The notes: generated from the sequence alone by a model not told the origin. DNA of 64,000 nt from Eledone cirrhosa (GCA_964016885.1 OZ024742.1:95790001-95854000), one strand, 5' to 3'. Positions 52,778-64,000 are shown, counted from the first letter of the stretch. Program-made: numbers and translations.

Positions 52778-55700
52778 ATAAAAAAAACTAAGCCAGACAT
52801 TCAAACATTACATTACAATGAAACTTATGCTTATTCTTTTTTTGTTTTTTTTTACCTATTTGTTTGTTTGTTTATTTATGTTCGTCTACAGCGTGATAGT
52901 GCCACACTAAAATCACCGGGGGTGATGAAATCACCGGTGGTTATGTAACCATACATTCACCAATCCTCGATAAAAGTGTTTAAATGTCGAACCTAAACAG
53001 TTCGAATAACGGTGAAGTGGAGACTGGAATGGCATGTGACAGACTCTCACCCAGCAGGTGCTCCCTGGCTCAGCAGCAGGGACCTGGCTGTCAACCAAAT
53101 ACTGTTGGTGTCGCAGGAAGAAGAAGGAGGAAAGGGACCAGAACCGACTGGACGAAAGAATTGAATAGAGCTGTTATGCAATGTTACCTGAAGAGTAACC
53201 CCAAGGAGAAAGGCTATAGGAAACGGATGCATAACATCTGGCACGAGATTGGTCTATTTAAATTAGATGAACAAAAATTGGTCGGGCAGGCTTGGGTAAT
53301 AAGAACTAATGGGTGGATAAGCGAGCTGGAACTGGGGGAACTGAGCAGAGAGATTAGGTTGGAAATGGAGAGTGGAGTATGCCAGGCAAACGAGCCAGTG
53401 GGAAATGAAGGTGAAGAGGTTGAGAGAACGGAGGAACCATCCGAAGCAGACAATGATCTGAATGCTGAAATAAATAATACCTGGAACAAAGATACGGCCA
53501 TTGAGGAGATGAATGCTGACGGGCTAGGACAAGATTTGGTTGATATCCTAAACTAAGTGGTAGATGAATTGAACAATGATAGTGTGAAACCTATGAATCT
53601 AAGATTTGTAGACAGGAAAAAGTTAAAAGAAACAACAGCTAAGGTAAACAAAGTCATCCCATACCTTGAGGCGAGGAGCCTTCACCAGTGCAACAATATC
53701 CTCAAAGCAACAGCAAATGCGGTGAGGAAATTACTTGGCATAAAAGCGAGAGGAAACAACAAACAAGAAAGATCAGAACCTTTGTGGAAGAAACGACTGA
53801 ATGGTCAAATCAAGGAAATGAGAAATGACATTGGAAAGCTTGAGTCTCTACAGAATGGGACATTAAAAAACATAGACACTAAAAATAGACTGGAAATGAA
53901 GTACAAAACTAGGAGGAAAAAGCTAAATATTATCATAGAGGAACTGAAGCAACGCATTGTAGCAAAGAGTGCAACAATTAGGCGATACGAGAGCAGGGTC
54001 AGTCAGTATAGACAGAACCGCATGTTTGACAACAACCAGAAGATGTTGTTTGGACAGCTTGAAGGGAAAGAAAGAGGCAACGACTTCATCCCTGAGGCGG
54101 AACAAACTAAAACATTCTGGAGAGGAATATGGGAGCAGGATGTTAAACATAATGACAAGGCAGTGTGGATTGAGACAGTACAAAAGGAGATTAGTGAACA
54201 GGCACACCAACAAACTGATTTGAGTATCACAGTTGAAACTCTTAAGGGGCAGGCCAAAAAACTAACCAACTGGAAATCACCAGGCCCAGATGGTGTGCAG
54301 GGGTATTGGATTAAAAATATAACATCCCTCCACCCGAAACTGACAGCCATGTTCAATGACTGCTTGATGTCATGTGAGGTACCAGAGTGGTTGACAAAAG
54401 GTACCACAGTTCTGGTAATGAAAGCCGAATCAAGGGTAATGATGTTACCAACTATAGACCTATCACATGTCTGTCCGTAATGTGGAAACTGTTGACAAGC
54501 ATTATGGCTGAGGAAATCTACCATCACCTCCACACAAACAACTTGTTACCGGACGAACAGAAAGGATGCCGAAAGAAGTCCCGTGGTACAAAGGACCAGT
54601 TACTTATTGATAAGATGGTAATGAGGAATTGCAAGAGGAGACACACTGGTCTTGCCATGGGATGGATAGACTACAAAAAGGCATTTGACATGGTGCCTCA
54701 TTCTTGGATCACCAAAAGCCTAGAGATCTTCAAGGTGGCAGATAACATCAGACAGTTGTTGGGCAAATGTATGAAGTCCTGGAAAACAGAGTTAACATCA
54801 GCTGGAGAACCTTGGGAGGCGTGAAGATCAAGAGAGGTATCTTCCAGGGAGATAGTCTGTCCCCTCTGTTGTCTGTCCTTGCCCTGATGCCCCTGAACAT
54901 TATACTGCGGAAAGTGAGAGCAGGATACAAGTTGGGAAAGGGAGAGCTTACCATCAATCAACTCCTATTCATGGACGATCTTAAGCTCTTCGGGAAGAGT
55001 GAGAAGGAGTTGGATGTGCTTGTTTACACTGTCCGTATTTTCAGCAATGATATATGTATGCAATTTGGTATTAGTAAGTGTAGAGTCCTTGTAATGAAGA
55101 GGGGTATATTGAGCAGAAGCAACGGAATCCAGTTACCAACAGGTGAGATGATAAAGGAAATTGACACTGAAGAAGGATACAAGTATTTGGGTGTTCTGGA
55201 GGCTGATGACATCAAGAACAAAAAAAATAAAGGAATTGATAAGATATGAATACATTCGGAGAGAAAGGAGCGTATTAAAATCACATCTGAACAGTAGGAA
55301 TGTCATAAGTGCAGTAAATTCCCGAGCTGTGTCTATTATTAGGTACAGTGCGGGAATTCTGAGATGGAATGTTGCTGAACAAAAAGAAATGGATAGGAAC
55401 ATTAGGAAGCTATTGACTATCTACAACATGTTCCACAAGAGGAGTGATGTCGATAGACTCTACTTAAGGAGATCTGAAGGTGGAAGATGTCTTATCAGCA
55501 TAGAGGACTGTGTTCAGATGGAGAAAAACAACCTACACAAATACGTGACTGATAGTAAGGAGCCAATGCTCAGAATTGTACTGAAGGAGAAGACAATATA
55601 CCAGGGGATATCCAAGGAGGAAATAACAACAAGGAGAAAGAGCAGCCTTCATGAAAAATCCCTTCATAGTACCTTCTTTGAGAAAACTGAATTCAGAGAT

Positions 55701-56493
55701 CCACAGACATGGAACTGGTTGAAAAGAGGAGACCTTAAAAAGGCTACAGAAGGAATGCTAATGGCTGCGCAGAGCAGGCCCTCAAAACGAAGCGGTTGAA
55801 ACACCATATTTACAAGGAGGAGGCTAGCCCACTGTGCAGGATCTGTGGAGAGAGAGAGGAGACTGTGGCTCACATTGTATCCGAGTGTAAACGCCTAGTC
55901 TAGACTCACTATAAAGGCTGGAGACATGATGTGATGGGCAGGGTGGTCCACTGGCACCTATGCAAAGTAAACAATTTACCACATTCTGAGAAGTGGTATG
56001 AGCATAAGCCAGAGTCGGTGATAGAAAACGATCAGGTGGAGGTGCTGTGGGATTTTAGGATACAGACGGACAAGAAACTGGAACACAATAGACCTGACCT
56101 TGTGGTTTTGGACAATGAAAAAAGATCGTGCCTGATTGTGGATGTGGCCTGCCCATTCGACACGAGAGTGCAAGAGAAGGAGAGGGAGAAAATTAACCGA
56201 TACCAGGACTTAAAGTGGGAGGTAAAAAGGATTTGGAACTGCCATGAAGTCAAAGTGGTCCCGATTGTCATAGGCGCACTAGGTACTATCTCAAAAAGTT
56301 TCGAGTGATACTTAAAGAAAATTGACCCCGCCACGCTTTTTGGAACGCTTCAAAAGGCATGCTTGCTGGGAACAACAACAACCCTCCGATACGTCCTGAA
56401 TATCTGAGGCTGCAGGTAGTGGCTTGATATTCATTTCAACAAACTTTCCAGTTAACTAACATCAATGACTGAGACTCAAAGAACAATAATAAT
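52778..56493 (+). mobile_element. near full-length R4/Dong-clade RLE retrotransposon in (TAA)n
   Basis: Single ORF architecture, flanked by AAT repeats on both sides. Confidence 0.93.
52984..56407 (+). pseudogene. RT + CCHC + restriction-like endonuclease polyprotein with a few stops and frameshifts
   Basis: [67 protein letters not shown]...Y. Confidence 0.93.
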
Positions 56494-56509
56494 ATTTAAT
56501 AATAATAAT

Positions 56510-57762
56510 TGTTTCTACTTTTGGCACAACGCCAGCAATTACCCAGTACATTACTGGTACTTTATTTTATCGACCCCATAAGGTTGAAAGGCAAAGTTAA
56601 CCTCGGCGGGATTTGAACTCAGAACGTAAATGGGCGTAACTCTAGAGTTTTCCTCCTACAATGCTACTGGCACACGCTCAGGGTAGACCCATTCACACGG
56701 GCTATTCTTGCCTCTCTTACCCACCTTTCAACAAACTGGCTGGAGGTCAGCACTTCCCTCTCCACCCTAATTTTCCTCTTCCGGTGAAACCGGAAGAAGT
56801 TAATGAGGGCGTCACCGAAGAGGAAAGTACCGGACTTCAACCCTTTCAGATGTGTCCAACATACAATCTCTTTTACCATGGCCACCAGGTAGATAAAAAC
56901 TGCCTGCCCTTCTCGGCTAAAGGAAGGCGGCGGGGCAATCTTCACGATGGACTCAGCTGATAGCCGGATCCGTTCAACACGTGACAGCAGGTGTTCGGCA
57001 TAAACCCACAAATCAGCATTGCTCGGACACTGGACGAGTGCGTGCAGGACGGTTTCATCGCCCTGTCCGCAATACGGACAGGCTTGGCTGACAGCACTTC
57101 CATGCCTGTAGAGTCTATCCCGAACTGGCAAAGCTCCTCCGTAGCACTGCCAGGCCAGGGATTTATGGAAGTTGTGCATGGGCCCCGGCCCAAAACTGCT
57201 CCTGAAGAGATTGGTTAGTTGGTTTTCGTCGACGCCTAGAGTCTCCCCAAGAACGTCGTTGCTTTTTCCTTCCACTAATCCTCTATAGAAAGCCAATGTG
57301 GAGTTTCCAGCGATTGTATTGCTCGACTGGTTGAGGGCTGTAAGCGCCTGAAGACATTCTCGTCTCCAAGCGCTTCTTCTCGGTCTTCGCTTGACCCAGG
57401 ACTGCAGCTCCGCCAAGGAGACAAGCTGGGGAAACATGTGTCTAGCAAAGCGCTACCACACCTGATCACCGTCGAGGAAGAGGTGGAGATGCCGTAGCCT
57501 GAGCGCATGTCTGCGTATCATCATCCACGGCATGCCCAGCCCTCCACGTAGCGGGTGTTGACAGCAGATGGGCCGCCTGACCATCGGAGCACATCCCTTC
57601 CACAAGAAGCGAAAGAGCAAACGCTCTGGTGCAGTCAGGCGAGGTTTAGGATAAGGCATGACGGTCAGGCGGTAGTAGATGACGGACGCGATGTACGCAT
57701 TCACCACCTCCGCTCGACCTTTCAAGGATAGCTTCCTCTCGGCCCATTTCTGGGTGAGAGAA
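56510..57762 (-). mobile_element. 5'-truncated Tx1 (copy D, about 56648-57762) fused to the 3' part of SINE family A (56510-56647)
   Basis: ORF2 C-terminus (ORFs 57453-57767 and 56664-57437), about 20 nt of UTR, then directly AGAGTTACGCCCATTTACGTTCTGAGTTC...GTAGAAACAATTATT. Confidence 0.88.
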
Positions 57763-57774
57763 AACAATAATAAT

Positions 57775-58790
57775 TACCACCTGAACAAAAAGGCGATAAA
57801 CGAGGTAGTTGTGGGTGCAAAGATCAGTTACTGATAAATAGACACATAACGGAAAACTGCAAACAGAAAAAGAAAAATCTGTCAATGGCCTGGATAGACT
57901 ACAAGGAGTCATTCAACAGCATACCTCTTTCATGGATCATAAAGACACTAGAAATGTGTCACATAGTCCCAGAGATCACAACTTTCCTGAAGGTAATGAT
58001 AACAGACTGAAAAACTACAATGGTCCTTCAACACCACAACGGACCACTGGAATCCAGACAGATCAAGATTAATTGTGGAATATTCCAAGGTGACTCATTA
58101 TCTCCTTTGATCTTCTGTATGTCACTTGCTCCATTAAATCATTCAAGAGAGGGTTGCTCCCTAACCATAAAGATATTGTCATAGACCAACAAACTACCAT
58201 AAAGGGAATGTAATAATGAAGAGTCCTACACATATCTTGGAGTTAATGAAGGAGATGTAATCCAGCATGCAAGTATGAAGGAAAAGATACGGAAGGATTA
58301 CATAAGAAGAGTGAGACTGGTAATAAAACGTGAGCTAAACTCCTGCAATAAGTTCACTACCAGTCTAGCAGTTCCAGTTGTAACATACAACTTTAACATC
58401 ATAAACTAGAACCTGCAAGAACTACAAATGTTGGACACTAAGACAAGGAAACTATTGACAATGGAAAAAAGGTACCACTATAAAGCCGATGTACATAGGT
58501 TGTATATCTCAAGGAGAGAAGGTGGAAGGGGGCTCCGACAACTGGAAGCTGCATACAAAACAACAACCTTTGGGTTGGATAGCTACCTCCACCACACCCG
58601 ATATGAACTCCTTATGCCTGTACTCAACCATGAACGAATTAAGTAACTACACTCAATAACAAAAGAAGCAAGAAAATTTAGGCAAAAACTGAACATGGAA
58701 CAAGATGTACCCATAGGAAATAAACAACACAGTGTTGCACAACTAGCCATGACTGTGAAGATCAAAGCAAAGAAACTCCAAACATAGTTT
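57775..58790 (+). mobile_element. internal fragment of an R4/Dong element
   Basis: LPPEQKG, DQLLIN, AWIDYK, GIFQGDSLSPL, KADVHRLYISRREGGRGL. Confidence 0.85.
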
Positions 58791-58961
58791 CCATGTTAAC
58801 ATAGGTAAGATGAGCTGTTCCTTAGCAAAATATCTTGGTTGAAGGACTGTGTTTCACTCTCACAACTGATTTTGGCTGGATTTCTACTACTGGATATGCT
58901 TCCTAATGCCAACTACATTTACAGTGTGTGGTGGGTGCTTTTTTTGTGACTCCTACATGTC

Positions 58962-59020
<59 letters not shown>

Positions 59021-59024
<4 letters not shown>

Positions 59025-59074
59025 AGTATGTATGTATACGTACATACATATATGTATACAGACGTACAGTAGCA

Positions 59075-59152
<78 letters not shown>

Positions 59153-59585
59153 TACATACAGGTACACATACATATATGTACGTATCAGTTTAGCGAGACG
59201 CTTATTATAACGCCCGCTTTGTTCGTTTGTAAACAAACTGAATAGCCTGAATTTATGCCGTACGGTGTTAAGGCAACCACGTCACCTTTTTGTTCAACAC
59301 TGACACAGGAACGATGTACTAGTTTCAAGCTTGTTAGCTATCATCAGCACCGTATACCTTTCTGCCAGATGGTTGAACGTTCGAAAGTATATACTTTCCT
59401 TATGAAAATTAACGGCTGAGCAGCCTAATTTGCATATCGAGTGAGTTCGGCCAGGCGTACCGAGAACGATAAGTTGTAATAAAATGAAAACGAAATTTCA
59501 TTTCTCACTCTTAGTACGGCACTTACTTAAATGTAAGTATGTATGTATACGTACATACATATATGTATACAGACGTACAGTAGCA

Positions 59586-59627
<42 letters not shown>

Positions 59628-59962
59628 TACATACAGGTACACATACATATATGTACGTATCAGTTTAGCGGACGCTTATTATAACGCCCGCTTTGTTCGT
59701 TTGTATACATATATGTATGTACGTATACATATATGTATACATATACGTATACATATTCGTATACATATACGTATATACATATACATATACGTATACATAT
59801 ACGTATATACATATACGTACATATACATATACGTATACATATACATATATGTATACATATACGTCTGTATACATATATGTATGTACGTATACATACATAC
59901 TTACATTTAAGTAAGTGCCGTACTAAGAGTGAGAAATGAAATTTCTTTTTCATTTTATTACA

Positions 59963-59966
<4 letters not shown>
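59021..59966 (-). mobile_element. non-coding Penelope-like / retrozyme-like element: 1.4 tandem units plus inverted terminal copy, in (TA)n
   Basis: Direct repeats 59021-59231 and 59532-59705; 107-bp inverted repeat 59471-59577 / 59860-59966; contains a hammerhead motif. Confidence 0.75.
59311..59353 (-). ncRNA. minimal type I hammerhead ribozyme
   Basis: ACGGTG-CTGATGA-TAGC TAACAA GCTT-GAAA-CTAG-TA-CATCGT: 6-bp stem I, intact core, 3-bp stem II closed by U.U, palindromic ACTAGT stem III, GUA cleavage triplet. Confidence 0.75.
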
Positions 59967-60020
<54 letters not shown>

Positions 60021-60023
60021 TTA

Positions 60024-60632
60024 ACGCGAAGAAATGTCAATGATAAACAGCAGACTAGTGATGATGGAAATTCATGTTTCTCGGTCTATTTTCATTCATA
60101 TGTTCATATTCGCAACAATGCAGCACGCCATTTTTCATTCACATATATTTTTTTCCCCTCGCTGTGGTTCGTATTTTTCTGCCACCTTACTGCTATCCTC
60201 TTTCCCTCTCCCTCTTCTCTCTCATTTACCTCTTGCTTTCTTTCACCCCCGCTACTGGTCACACACTCTCGGCTGGCCTCCTCCTCACACTTTCACTCAC
60301 TCACTCTCTGCTACTCCCCCTCTCTCACTTCCTCCCGTCTGACCTGTGTGAAATTCTTTCCTCTCTCACTTTTCGCGTGGCTTGGACGTGTCTGCCTCTT
60401 CTCGTCATTTGATGTGTTCGGACTTAAGCCCACAAGATGTATTGACTTGTTTCTCTTTTTTCCTCTCTTTACGTTGCATTACTACCATGTTGTTTGTTTA
60501 CTTTCCTCTGTCCTGATAACTTAATTTAGTTATCGCTCGCACTGATTTTAGGTATGTATGCGAAGAAATACCAATGATATTCGGCAGACTACTGATGATG
60601 GACATGTTTCTCGGTCTATTTTCATTTATATA
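60024..60632. repeat. element with about 75-bp terminal direct repeats (period 535 bp) in (TA)n
   Basis: GCGAAGAAAT..CAATGATA..GCAGACTA.TGATGATGGA..CATGTTTCTCGGTCTATTTTCATT at about 60024 and about 60559. Confidence 0.7.
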
Positions 60633-61273
60633 TTTATATATATATATATATGTATATATTTAGGAAAAGAATGACTTCACTTGTAGTTCTAATCAATATA
60701 ATTTAATTTTATAATATAATTTTACAATGTTGTTTTGTAAATCTAATAAATACTTTGTTATCTTCGGTGGGGAGAGTTTTTAAGATTCCTGGTTAACTTT
60801 CCCGGAGAACTTTCTCACATTCGTCGGTGGTGATCGTCAAACTGATCATTTTTATTTTATTTATTTATTCTTGTCTCTATCTCTGTTTGCGCGAGCACAC
60901 ACACCAAACAGGAAACACACATGCAAATGCATGTGCAAACAGAGACAGAGACAAGAATAAATAAATAGATAAAATAAAAATTGCATAGGCATTACAATAC
61001 AACAGGAGGAAACATAATAGTACCACTGATGATGTCACAGATGTGTGACGAAAGAACTTTAATAGACTATATATATATATATATATCATCATCATCATCA
61101 TCCTTTTACGTCCACTTTTCCCTGCTTGCAAGGGTGGGATGGGAACTGATTCTGGCTTGATTCCAAATATAACAACATATATCATTATATATATATATAT
61201 ATTATAAGTACTGATTAAAGTTTAAGCAAAGAATCACTGCTTTTACCCTATATATATATATAATTGATCACCG

Positions 61274-61314
<41 letters not shown>

Positions 61315-61315
<1 letters not shown>

Positions 61316-63811
61316 TAGCAGAAGTACCCGGCGTTGCCCGGGTGTAAGTCGACCTTTAGTCTGTTAGAATGTGTGAAAGTTACTTCCCGCGCATCACAGG
61401 TTCAAAACTTCGAACTTCAATGGAAAAAAATAGGTTAGTAGACACAGGTGTGTAATTTATTAATTGTAGTTACACAGTGTATCGTTGAAATTGTTCTCTG
61501 CACGACTGACTGAAGTCAAAATCGCTTGATATTGAATGTTCAGTTAATTTAAAGCAGGGTGAAAATGTCGATTACTTTCAGGGTTTTTTTTTTACAATTT
61601 TTGCGCTCACATGTGCAGAAGAAGAATTAAAAGGCATTTATCTTAACCGCGGCATAATGGCGAGTCTTTTGTGACAGTTTTCAAGAATATAGGATGTTCC
61701 TGTAAAAAGTTTTCCCATGTGTAACTTTGCCTTGTTTTTTTGCGCAAAGTCGATCCCCGCTTAAGTTTTATTGATTTTTTTACATCAATGCGTGATCTCT
61801 GAAGTAGATTTGAGTAGCTAAAAACCTGTCCCGGTAAATTTGCTATAGGTGAAAAAAAGTTGATCAAAATTGTATCTAGGGTTATTGCCCTTTGCCACAG
61901 CCTCAAGCCTCGTCTGACGGGATGTTGGTGATTCCTCCGTCAGCTCTTGTTGGCGACGAAGGCGAACATCAGCAAGCCTTGTCGTACGTGATGTTGGTGA
62001 CTCAACCAGCCGGGAAAGACGTCTATCAGCGAGTCGAGATTCGCGCTCAGCAGGTGTTTCCTAGAGAAAATTAATTAATTCTACTGGTTAGCTAAGCCAA
62101 TGGCAGTGTCAATAGTAAATGAGAAAAGTCTAACATGAACAAAAGGGAATCAAGGTAAGACAATAAATTTAACATAACTACGATTAGAATGTTGTAGTTG
62201 CTTAAAAGTGGTGACGGTTAGGATAAACGCAGTACTTGCTAACATTAAGGGAGAATATTGCATAAAGGATTAATCAATTGTGAATGAACTCATACCTGAG
62301 AACGCCTAATTCGTTGTCTCAAAGCAGTAGCTGTACCTTTTTTGGAGGTAAGTCTTGAACATTTCCGTGTGGGCATAACGACGTGTAACGAAGCTGTTAG
62401 GTTAGAGAGAGGTGATTAAATACAGAGAGAGATGACACCAGATTCGTTAGCATGGTTACTGGTGAATGGGAAGGTTTGGAAATAGGATTACAATAACTTA
62501 CCGAATTTTCCCGTCTATAAATTGCACTTAAAATAATTAAATTTAATCAAAAAAGAGCTCTGCGCTTTATACTCCGGTGAGCCTTATGTATAAATAATAC
62601 AATGGTAATCAATCACGGCTCTAACAGAAGTAATAGATCTAGACTAAAAGTAAAGAAGATAGCATTTTCTGGTTAGCCTTACACGCCGTTGCGCGGACCT
62701 GATTTTAAATGATACGCCTTATATCCTGGTGAGCCTTATAGAGCGGAAAATATCTATTGGAAAAGAATACGAATTCATGACCAAGGTGTGACAAAATAGG
62801 CGTCTATACAGCGCCTGAAACAAACTTGTCCAAAACCCTAGGATTTTTCTCGTTAAGTATCCACCCAAAAGGAACCGTTTTTTAGTTACAAAAAATAACC
62901 AAAGTGTATAGTAGCTATATTTCTGACATATCATGCCAAAAAGAACAATATATTCAAAAGATGTTCTAAAGTACATTCAATCTCTCTTTTTGACCGATAT
63001 CTTAATAAGCAAGTTATCGATTTTGTATTTGCTGTCAGTGTCTATCTGCATGCAGGTGTGCACATGTGCGCAATTAATTGCAAATACGCTCATAACATTT
63101 AGTCGTAAGCAGAACAAAAAATGCCATTAGAGGTGGGCCAATAATGAAGACACAAACCCTGGTGAACTTACGTTTAAACACCCGAAAAGTTACTCACTTC
63201 CTGTGCAAAAGACTGTATTATAAATTAAGTAATTTTTTAGAATCTTTTGTTTAAAAAAGGAAAACATTGGTACGACGTAAATTTTTTTACTTGTATTGTA
63301 TGTGTACAACACAAGTTGGTCAACGTATTATTTAGTAATTTTTTTTTCAAAAAGCATGATTATTTAAGACTGTTTGCAAATTTACTCACAGCTTTTAGGT
63401 TCACAAAAGACATCATTAAATTTGGTTCCCTTTTGAGATAGGGATAATACTGTATTTCCACTTGAATAAGGTGGAATATGAAAAGAAACTCTTTAATGGT
63501 CGGTCGTTTGCTGAGACAGCTGGGAACACATGCAGCTGGCCGTCCAATCAATAACGCACGTCCTTATATGGCCATATGAAATTTATTTTTATTGCGCGAG
63601 ATGTAAACTAAGAGTTCTTGTGTTCGAATTCACATAAAATTTCATTGGAATCGAAAACATTCTGTCATAGGGACCGATTATCGATCTTTCGAAAATTTCA
63701 AGTAGCCTATTCCACTCTACGCGTTGAGTTTTATATATGTGTGAGGTTTCATGAAAATTGGATGAACGCTGTAGCAGGCAAGTTCGGTACACTAAACAAT
63801 GTCCATCTTCC

Positions 63812-63847
<36 letters not shown>

Positions 63848-63850
63848 TTA
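61315..63850 (-). mobile_element. non-autonomous Helitron (about 2.5 kb)
   Basis: Minus-strand 3' end: hairpin ACCCGG-GCAACG-CCGGGT (61326-61343), then CTAG|T at 61315. 5' end CTATATA..TAAAGGG in (TA)n (approximate). Internal STPR-coding exons; no Rep or helicase motifs seen. Confidence 0.82.
61818..62376 (-). CDS. spliced 107-aa STPR-repeat mini-protein (Helitron RepHel N-terminus-like); exons 62376-62296 and 62060-61818
   Basis: MPTRKCSRLTSKKGTATALRQRIRRSQ | GTATGAG..TTTTCTCTAG | ETPAERESRL..ESPTSRTTRL..ESPTSRQTRL..GTGF*; phase-0 join in frame; 23-aa spacing between the last two repeats. Confidence 0.6.
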
Positions 63851-64000
63851 GTTATACTATTTATGGTTATGTAAATACAAAACCTTATGCAGTTATAAGT
63901 ATTTTTTATACACACCCTAAATAGTGGTAGGCAGTAATGTATTACTACCTTATTACCAGTAAGTTAAGTAGCTCAATGTAAAAACATCAGATGATTTACA

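Noticed and set aside
46052-56493. Tx1 copy B or the Dong element as currently active autonomous elements
   Set aside because: Both carry in-frame stops and frameshifts; some could be sequencing errors, which cannot be judged here.
58903-59953. Many YI/YV/HI-repeat ORFs (also at 10-11, 20.5 and 33 kb)
   Set aside because: Translations of (TA)n, (TACA)n and (TATACR)n repeats.

Overview
AT-rich, microsatellite-dense eukaryotic DNA, almost certainly intergenic or intronic. The repeat content looks like a coleoid cephalopod (Octopus-like); this is inferred from the SINE types, not verified. No intact host gene is evident, and most ORF-track entries are simple-repeat artefacts or pieces of decayed retrotransposons. 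The window holds: (i) two near full-length but disabled Tx1/L1-clade LINEs (about 0.44-6.57 kb on +, 46.05-51.89 kb on -) and two fragments; (ii) one near full-length R4/Dong-type RLE retrotransposon (52.8-56.5 kb on +), one old copy and several fragments; (iii) RTE fragments; (iv) at least three tRNA-derived SINE families; (v) MITEs, a solo-LTR-like insert, and a 2.5-kb non-autonomous Helitron carrying a spliced STPR-repeat mini-ORF; (vi) several 400-550 bp Penelope/retrozyme-like partial tandem units in (TA)n, one with a recognisable minimal type I hammerhead ribozyme. The most interesting signals are three. First, a GGTAAGT splice donor is conserved at the ORF1 stop of three divergent Tx1 copies, with a candidate acceptor in the 3' UTR, so ORF2 may be spliceable as an intron. 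Second, a 15-kb nest of (AAT)n-associated elements shows strict opposite polarity for Tx1/SINE versus Dong and includes a SINE-LINE chimera. Third, the hammerhead-bearing tandem/inverted element at 59 kb.
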